A stretch of 58,405 nt of DNA from an uncultured Eubacteriales bacterium. GTDB lineage: Bacteria > Bacillota > Clostridia > Oscillospirales > CAG-272. The position numbers and the translations under genes were made by a program. The notes beneath the pieces are model-generated. The model saw nothing but the letters and a program-made list of their open reading frames with translations, made no database searches and was not told where the DNA came from. This document shows positions 52,857 to 58,405 of the stretch, piece by piece (position 1 is the first letter of the stretch; every line of letters starts with the position of its first letter). Where the stretch lies: assembly GCA_934385225.1 (NCBI GenBank), contig CAKRPQ010000003.1, positions 1 to 58,405 on the forward strand, read 5' to 3'.

Positions 52857-53786
52857 ATGAAAAATGTAATTAAAACTATTCTTGTATTTATCTCAATCGT
52901 ACTCATTTTCTCTCTTGTATCCTGCGGAAAAGCGGTCAGCGGTACAGACGCCGATACAGAAACGCGCACCGACACCCTGACGGAAACCGAAAAGGGCGAA
53001 ACAAATGAAATCGACACAGGAATGCGCGGCACAGACTGCTATTTTGATACAGAAATTCGTGCATATACCGTGAGAGAAAAGCTTGAATTCCTTTATCCTC
53101 TCCACGTCGAGTGGGGTGACACTGTCGAGCTTCCCGCGCGATATAAAGTTTTTGATGATTGTTCGCTTGTTGCGGTCAAGGTCATAGATGAGTACAGCTA
53201 TTTCTATGGTGATGGTTCGGAGCGCATGAAGTGGCTCTCCGAAAAGGCGAAGATTACGCTTGACGGTAAATATGACGACATTATTCTCGTTCAGTCGGGC
53301 GTCTCACACGAAAAGGGCACGGAAGCGATCATTTTCGCCGAGAACGGCGGAGTTTACGCAAAAAAGGACAGCAGCCACATTCCCGACCTTTGCCGCATCG
53401 CCGTTTATCTTACGGAGGATTCCGCCGTATATTCGAGTAGTTTCCTTTGTAAATACAAGGAATACCGTGAAACGTATTTCAGAGAGGAGCTTTGCGCACC
53501 CTGCGTTTTCCCGATCGAAAACGGCGCGCTTCGTATGCCCGTAGAAAGAGCGAAATTCGACGATATGGAGAAACTCGTCGAGTACTCGGAGCCGCGGTGG
53601 ATCATGTCGTCGATTGCCGATTTCTGCTATATTGTCGAAATCCTTGACAGATATTCCGAAAAGACGGGTGATAATTTCACCTTTGCCGACGGCATGACGG
53701 CAGAACAGTTTGATACATATATGAAGAAAGCAATGGAGATCGAATTTAGCTTTTATAAGGACGACCTCGGGCTTAATGTCTATTGA
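52857..53786 (+). CDS. hypothetical lipoprotein
   Basis: The signal peptide is MKNVIKTILVFISIVLIFSLVSC, with a Thr/Glu/Asp-rich linker after the Cys. The function is not recognised. Confidence 0.65.
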   Translation: MKNVIKTILVFISIVLIFSLVSCGKAVSGTDADTETRTDTLTETEKGETNEIDTGMRGTDCYFDTEIRAYTVREKLEFLYPLHVEWGDTVELPARYKVFDDCSLVAVKVIDEYSYFYGDGSERMKWLSEKAKITLDGKYDDIILVQSGVSHEKGTEAIIFAENGGVYAKKDSSHIPDLCRIAVYLTEDSAVYSSSFLCKYKEYRETYFREELCAPCVFPIENGALRMPVERAKFDDMEKLVEYSEPRWIMSSIADFCYIVEILDRYSEKTGDNFTFADGMTAEQFDTYMKKAMEIEFSFYKDDLGLNVY

Positions 53787-53835
53787 TTATGCTGCCGATA
53801 AAAAACAAGAGCGGAAAACCGCTCTTGTTTTTTAT

Positions 53836-54372
53836 TTATCCGCGTCTTACGCCGTCGTCCCAGAGAACGACAGTACCGAGCTCGCGCGTTTTCGGAATGT
53901 CGATAAGGCGCTGGTTCGACGAGCCTCGGAAGCGCAGGGAAATGTCCTTTTTCGCTTCGACAAACCGTCCGTCTACGAGAACGTCGATATATGACAGCAT
54001 TTTGTCGGTAAATTCGCAGTGAGGGTGCGTTCCGACCGTCGTCAGTTCCTCGTATGTGTACCCGGAAAACGCCCAAATAGTTTTCTGCGGGTATTTTTTC
54101 TTTATCCTTTCAAGCAGACCCGCGAGAACGGCTTGATTTTCGGGTTCAAACGGCTCGCCGCCAAGAACTGTAAAACCGTTTATATAGCTCGGTTCGAGCA
54201 TTTTCATAATTTCGGCTTCTGTTTCCGCATTGAACGGCTTTCCGTAGTCAAAATCCCACGTCTGCTTCTGAAAACAGTGCTCGCAGCAGTTGCGGCAGCC
54301 CGAAACGAAAAGCGTTATGCGAACGCCCGTCCCGTTTGCGATGTCGCAGTCTTTAATTTCGCCGTAGTGCAT
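53836..54372 (-). CDS. nrdG: anaerobic ribonucleoside-triphosphate reductase activating protein (radical SAM)
   Basis: The motif is DIANGTGVRITLFVSGCRNCCEHCFQ. It sits downstream of nrdD. Confidence 0.9.
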   Translation of the reverse strand: MHYGEIKDCDIANGTGVRITLFVSGCRNCCEHCFQKQTWDFDYGKPFNAETEAEIMKMLEPSYINGFTVLGGEPFEPENQAVLAGLLERIKKKYPQKTIWAFSGYTYEELTTVGTHPHCEFTDKMLSYIDVLVDGRFVEAKKDISLRFRGSSNQRLIDIPKTRELGTVVLWDDGVRRG

Positions 54373-54387
54373 ATTTCCTCCCTTTTA

Positions 54388-56565
54388 TCAGAGGTGAAGA
54401 ACTCTCTCTTTTATCTCCTGCGTGCGTCCCTGGTTCCAGAACTGCGTGCCGATGTAGCCGCAGGTGCGGCGGGCCACATTCATCTTGTCCTGGTCGGTGT
54501 TGCCGCACTTCGGGCATACCCAGACGAGCTTTCCGCCGCGGTCCTCAACGACGATCTCGCCGTCATAGCCGCATACCTGGCAGTAGTCGCTCTTTGTGTT
54601 AAGCTCCGCGTAGATGATGTTGTCGTAGATGAATTTCATAACTTCAAGCACAGCGTCGAGGTTGTCCTGCATATCGGGGACTTCGACGTAGCTGATAGCG
54701 CCTCCGGGCGAAAGATGCTGGAACTGCGCCTCAAATTTGAGCTTGTCGAAAGCGTTTATCTTCTCCGTGACGTGGACGTGATAGCTGTTCGTGATGTAAC
54801 CCTTGTCCGTTATGCCCTTGATTATGCCGAAACGCTTTTGCAGGCACTTTGCGAACTTGTAAGTCGTCGATTCAAGCGGCGTTCCGTAGAGGGAGAAGTC
54901 GATGTTGTGTTCCGCCTTCCACTTTTTGCAGGCGGCGTTCATATGGTTCATTATTTCGAGCGCGAAAGGCGTTGCGGTGGGGTCTGTGTGGCTCTTGCCC
55001 GTCATGTATTTCACACATTCGTAAAGACCCGCGTAGCCGAGGGATATTGTCGAATATCCTCCGTAGAGGAGTTTGTCTATCGTCTCGCCCTTTTTGAGTC
55101 TCGCGCACGCGCCGTACTGCCAGAGTATAGGAGCGACATCGGAAAGCGTGCCTTTCAGTCTGTTGTGGCGGCACATAAGCGCGCGGTGACAGAGTTCGAG
55201 ACGTTCGTCGAATATCTTCCGGAATTTTTCTATATTTCCGCCCGACGAAAGCGCAATATCGGGGAGGTTGAGCGTTACAACGCCCTGATTGAAGCGGCCG
55301 TAATATTTCGGTTCGTTCGTGACGGGATCTACATAAGGCGTGAGGAAGCTGCGGCAGCCCATGCACGGGTAGCAGTGACCCTCGCCGTTCTTGTCGATTT
55401 TGAGTTCGAGCATCTTCTTTTCGGAGATGTAGTCGGGAACCATTCTCTTCGCCGTGCATTTTGCGGCGAGCTTTGTAAGATAGTAATAGGGCGAGTCGTC
55501 GTGAATGTTCTGTTCTTCGAGAACGTAAATGAGCTTCGGGAACGCGGGCGTTACCCATACGCCCTGCTCGTTCTTTACGCCGCGGCAACGCTGTTCGAGG
55601 ACTTCCTCTATTATCATGGCAAGGTCTTTCTTTTCCTGCTCGTTTTTCGCCTCGCCGAGGTACATAAATACCGTGACGAAAGGCGCCTGTCCGTTTGTCG
55701 TGAGGAGCGTGACGACCTGATACTGTATCGTTTGAACGCCGCGTTTTACCTCGTCGCGCAGTCTTCGTTCGACAAGCTCCGTGACCTGTGCGTCCGAAAG
55801 CTCTCTGCCGATTTCCTTGTTTTCTTCAAGCACGTCGCGGCGTATTTTTTCGCGGCTGACCTGAACGAACGGCGCGAGGTGCGTGAGTGAAATCGACTGA
55901 CCGCCGTACTGGTTCGACGCGACCTGCGCGATTATCTGCGTCGCGATGTTGCACGCCGTCGAGAACGAGTGCGGACGTTCGATAAGAGTACCCGTTATGA
56001 CCGTTCCGTTGTTGAGCATATCTTCAAGGTTGACAAGATCGCAGTTGTGCATATGCTGTGCGAAATAGTCGGCGTCGTGGAAGTGAATTATTCCCTCGTT
56101 ATGCGCGTCGACAATTTCCTGCGGGAGCAGGATACGGTTCGTGATGTCCCTTGAAACCTCGCCCGCCATATAGTCTCTCTGCGTGGAGTTTATAATGGGA
56201 TTCTTGTTTGAGTTTTCCTGCTTTGCCTCTTCGTTGTTGCACTCTATAAGGCTGAGTATCTTGTCGTCCGTCGTATTCGACTGGCGGACGAGCGTGCGGG
56301 TATAGCGGTAGGTTATATATGATTTTGCCACTTCAAACGCCCCGTGTGCCATTATATGATGCTCCACCATATCCTGAATTTCTTCGACCGACGGCGAGCG
56401 ACCGAGTTTTTCGCACGCGAGAACGACGCTCTCCGAGATGCGTTGTATCTGCATAGGCGTGAGGCGCGACGCCTCATCGACCGTTTCGTTCGCCTTTTCG
56501 ATGGCGGTCATTATCTTTGTTATGTTGAAATCTACTTCCGAACCGTTGCGTTTGATGACTTTCAT
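54388..56565 (-). CDS. nrdD: anaerobic ribonucleoside-triphosphate reductase
   Basis: It has an ATP-cone N-terminus (MKVIKRNGSEVDFNITKI), a C-terminal Zn-ribbon (CQVCGYDG...CPKCGN) and the glycyl-radical region RRTCGYIG. The start was re-picked from 56661. Confidence 0.9.
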   Translation of the reverse strand: MKVIKRNGSEVDFNITKIMTAIEKANETVDEASRLTPMQIQRISESVVLACEKLGRSPSVEEIQDMVEHHIMAHGAFEVAKSYITYRYTRTLVRQSNTTDDKILSLIECNNEEAKQENSNKNPIINSTQRDYMAGEVSRDITNRILLPQEIVDAHNEGIIHFHDADYFAQHMHNCDLVNLEDMLNNGTVITGTLIERPHSFSTACNIATQIIAQVASNQYGGQSISLTHLAPFVQVSREKIRRDVLEENKEIGRELSDAQVTELVERRLRDEVKRGVQTIQYQVVTLLTTNGQAPFVTVFMYLGEAKNEQEKKDLAMIIEEVLEQRCRGVKNEQGVWVTPAFPKLIYVLEEQNIHDDSPYYYLTKLAAKCTAKRMVPDYISEKKMLELKIDKNGEGHCYPCMGCRSFLTPYVDPVTNEPKYYGRFNQGVVTLNLPDIALSSGGNIEKFRKIFDERLELCHRALMCRHNRLKGTLSDVAPILWQYGACARLKKGETIDKLLYGGYSTISLGYAGLYECVKYMTGKSHTDPTATPFALEIMNHMNAACKKWKAEHNIDFSLYGTPLESTTYKFAKCLQKRFGIIKGITDKGYITNSYHVHVTEKINAFDKLKFEAQFQHLSPGGAISYVEVPDMQDNLDAVLEVMKFIYDNIIYAELNTKSDYCQVCGYDGEIVVEDRGGKLVWVCPKCGNTDQDKMNVARRTCGYIGTQFWNQGRTQEIKERVLHL

Positions 56566-56616
56566 TTCCGTTGTTTTTCTCCTTTTTGTATTTCTTTTTT
56601 TATTTGCGGCAAAAAT

Positions 56617-56645
56617 ATTATAGCATATATTGTGTGTGATGTCAA
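56617..56645 (-). promoter_or_regulatory. SigA-type promoter of nrdDG with an NrdR-box-like sequence in the spacer
   Basis: Minus strand: TTGACA (56640-56645), 17-nt spacer, TATAAT (56617-56622). The 16-mer ACACAATATATGCTAT, running from the spacer into the -10, matches about 13 of 16 positions of the NrdR box consensus acaCwAtATaTwgtGt as I recall it. Confidence 0.6.
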
Positions 56646-56786
56646 GAGTAAATAACAACATTTAGTATTTTTAAGTGTTTTGACGAAAAGTGCTTCCGCA
56701 CGTGTTAATTAAGACCGCAATTTGTATAAATCTTTTACCGCTCTGACGCGCGCTTTTGAAAAGTTGTACAAAAATCGTTTTTTGCC

Positions 56787-56815
56787 TTGACTTATCCGCA
56801 AAAATATCGTAAAAT
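56787..56815 (+). promoter_or_regulatory. SigA-type promoter of the EIIC-like gene
   Basis: TTGACT (56787-56792), 17-nt spacer, TAAAAT (56810-56815). Confidence 0.65.
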
Positions 56816-56858
56816 ATATATTAAATATAGTAAAAAACGGAAAGGCAAGGTTGGGGCA

Positions 56859-57926
56859 TTGAAATTTAAGGATTTTTTGAAGAAAAAGAACGTCGAACTC
56901 TCGGCGAAGAAGTATTTTATCGACGCGATGGGAGCTATGGCGCTCGGACTTTTCTCCACTCTTCTGATAGGGACAATTTTTGACACGATAGGAAAGTACA
57001 TACCGGGGGCTTTCGGCGAATTTCTCATTCAGTGCGCGAGCTTTGCAAAGCAGGTGAGCGGCGCCGTTATCGGAATTGCCGTCGCTAATTCTCTTTCCGC
57101 GCCGCCGCTCGTAATGTTCAGCGCGGGTGTCGTCGGTCAGGCGGGATATGCGCTCGGTTCAATCTTCACAATAGGCGGCGCGGAAAAAACGCTTACCGCG
57201 GGACCTGCGGGCGCGTATATCGCCGTTCTTATCGCGGTCGAACTCGGAAAAATCGTCTCGAAGGAGACGAAAGTAGATATTATAGTCACGCCGACGGTGA
57301 CGATACTTTCGGGTCTCGGCATAGCGAAGCTCGTCTGCCCCGCGATCGCGTGGGCGATGTACTATCTCGGTGACTTCATCAACAGAACGACGGAGCTGCG
57401 CCCGTTCGTTATGGGAATAATCATTTCCGTCGTTGTCGGTATAATACTTACTCTCCCGATAAGTTCGGCGGCGATCTGTGCCATGATCGGCATTTCGGGA
57501 CTTGCGGGCGGTGCTGCGGCGGCAGGGTGCTGCGCGCAGATGGTCGGCTTTGCCGTTATCAGCTTCCGCGAGAATAAATGGGGCGGCATCGTCGCGCAGG
57601 GACTCGGCACGTCGATGCTTCAAATGGGCAATATCGTGAAAAAACCGATAATATGGCTGCCCGCGACGCTCGCGTCAGCCGTGACGGGACCGATTTCGAC
57701 CATGATATTCAAGCTCGAATGTACGGGCGTTTCGGCAGGTATGGGTACCTGCGGTCTTGTCGGACCTCTCGGTATCATTTCCGCGACGGAAGAAAAGGGC
57801 GTTATGTTCTGGATCGGACTTGCGCTCGTCTGCGTCGTGCTTCCCGCAGTGCTTTCGCTCGTTTTCAATGAGATCCTCCGCGCGATGAAGCTCGTTAAAA
57901 CGGGAGATATGAAGCTGGAACTTTGA
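56859..57926 (+). CDS. PTS EIIC-like polytopic membrane protein (PTS_EIIC_2-like), orphan
   Basis: It is a hydrophobic ~355-aa protein with the segment LKFKDFLKKKNVELSAKKYFIDAMGAMALGLFSTLLIGTIF. A TTG start at 56859 was chosen because the ORF-track start lies inside the promoter. Confidence 0.5.
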   Translation: MKFKDFLKKKNVELSAKKYFIDAMGAMALGLFSTLLIGTIFDTIGKYIPGAFGEFLIQCASFAKQVSGAVIGIAVANSLSAPPLVMFSAGVVGQAGYALGSIFTIGGAEKTLTAGPAGAYIAVLIAVELGKIVSKETKVDIIVTPTVTILSGLGIAKLVCPAIAWAMYYLGDFINRTTELRPFVMGIIISVVVGIILTLPISSAAICAMIGISGLAGGAAAAGCCAQMVGFAVISFRENKWGGIVAQGLGTSMLQMGNIVKKPIIWLPATLASAVTGPISTMIFKLECTGVSAGMGTCGLVGPLGIISATEEKGVMFWIGLALVCVVLPAVLSLVFNEILRAMKLVKTGDMKLEL

Positions 57927-57949
57927 TTTTTAGAAAGTGCAAAAGAGTA

Positions 57950-57980
57950 CCCGCCGCAGAAATTGCGGCGGGCTTTTGTT
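57950..57980 (+). terminator. rho-independent terminator
   Basis: The stem cccgccgca / tgcggcggg is followed by cttttgtt. Confidence 0.75.
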
Positions 57981-58009
57981 ATATATCAGATGATTTTCGC
58001 GTTACAGGA

Positions 58010-58110
58010 TTCGGAACCTAAACTTTGATTGCGTGCGCAATCAAAGCGGAAAGTTTCGCAAAATGTATCTGTAAGATGAGGTGCACGTGAAACTTTCATG
58101 CACGTTTGGC
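58010..58110. repeat. degenerate fragment related to the gaaagtttt-unit of the repeat family
   Basis: It contains the hairpin ctttgattgcg-tg-cgcaatcaaag, plus ggaaagtttcgc and gtgaaactttcatg. The reverse complement contains caaagtttaggt, as in 16341-16356. Confidence 0.3.
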
Positions 58111-58123
58111 TACCTATCGCTGT

Positions 58124-58163
58124 GACAAAAAAAACAACGGACAGGTAAACCCCGTCCGTTGTT
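58124..58163 (-). terminator. rho-independent terminator of tRNA-Pro
   Basis: A 10-bp stem aacaacggac / gtccgttgtt is followed on the minus strand by T8. Confidence 0.8.
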
Positions 58164-58166
58164 TTT

Positions 58167-58243
58167 TGGTCGGAGTGACAGGATTCGAACCTGCGGCCTC
58201 TTGGTCCCGAACCAAGCGCACTACCAAGCTGTGCCACACCCCG
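58167..58243 (-). tRNA. tRNA-Pro (anticodon CGG), CCA encoded
   Basis: The minus strand reads CGGGGTGTGGCACAGCTTGGTAGTGCGCTTGGTTCGGGACCAAGAGGCCGCAGGTTCGAATCCTGTCACTCCGACCA. It folds into a cloverleaf with a 7-bp acceptor stem, anticodon loop TTCGGGA and a GTTCGAATC T-loop. Confidence 0.95.
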
Positions 58244-58273
58244 TTTTCGCATATTTAATTCAACGTATCATCT

Positions 58274-58302
58274 ATTTTACCACGCTTTCCCCATTTTGTC
58301 AA
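58274..58302 (-). promoter_or_regulatory. SigA-type promoter of tRNA-Pro
   Basis: Minus strand: TTGACA (58297-58302), 17-nt spacer, TAAAAT (58274-58279). Confidence 0.7.
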
Positions 58303-58360
58303 GGTGTTTTTGAAATTTATAAAAAAAATAAAATGTTTACTTATTTGTAAAAATCATAGG

Positions 58361-58390
58361 TTGACTTGAACCGCCCATATGATGTATAAT
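58361..58390 (+). promoter_or_regulatory. SigA-type promoter reading out of the window
   Basis: TTGACT (58361-58366), 18-nt spacer, TATAAT (58385-58390). Confidence 0.55.
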
Positions 58391-58405
58391 TTAGAAAAAA
58401 TGCGG

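Noticed and set aside
54019-55890. 623-aa ORF antisense to nrdD
   Set aside because: The same reasoning applies: nrdD on the minus strand is unambiguous.
56650-56685. Second NrdR box upstream of the nrdD -35 (AACACTTAAAAATACTAAATGTTGT)
   Set aside because: It is an imperfect ~21-bp palindrome that fits the 16-bp NrdR consensus poorly in every register I tried.
57986-58252. 88-aa ORF overlapping tRNA-Pro
   Set aside because: It reads through the tRNA gene and its terminator on the same strand, so it is an artefact.

Overview
This is a 58.4-kb chromosomal window from a moderately GC-rich, spore-forming Firmicute, probably in Clostridia. Supporting markers are a SigK-like sigma factor, an SLH-domain S-layer protein, T-box and yybP-ykoY-like leaders, and the rpmH-rnpA-yidD-yidC-jag-mnmE block. 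I call about 50 protein genes, rpmH (missed by the ORF track), one tRNA-Pro(CGG), several near-consensus SigA promoters and hairpin terminators. Gene content is housekeeping plus carbohydrate metabolism: two GH26 mannanase-like genes, two CE4 deacetylases, nagAB, and four AraC regulators. There is also a T-box-controlled ABC importer, a riboswitch-led P-type ATPase and nrdDG. Four things stand out. (1) A tightly packed 12-gene operon (27806-39287) joins an LDH-scaffold dehydrogenase carrying Arg at the substrate-specificity position, class II fumarase, HdrB/HdrC/HdrA/MvhD, a Flx-like NAD(P)H module and a soluble, anchor-less FrdB/FrdA. I read it as a candidate cytoplasmic flavin-based electron-bifurcating NADH:fumarate(/ferredoxin) oxidoreductase. 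(2) A modular, hairpin-rich intergenic repeat family occurs at six or more loci. Stem sequences differ between copies while hairpin structure is kept. Its terminal module is also the ~50-bp inverted repeat flanking a frameshifted DUF559 endonuclease gene, which suggests autonomous and miniature copies of one selfish element. (3) The first 75 bp hold a breakpoint where a GNAT gene fragment abuts the last ~84 codons of V-ATPase ntpB, leaving an orphan ntpD. (4) A Gfo/Idh/MocA dehydrogenase plus two TIM-barrel genes plus an EEP gene sit directly upstream of nagB-nagA. All functional calls come from motif recognition by eye. No database search, folding or statistics could be run. Start codons were re-picked from RBS context where the ORF track over-extends.
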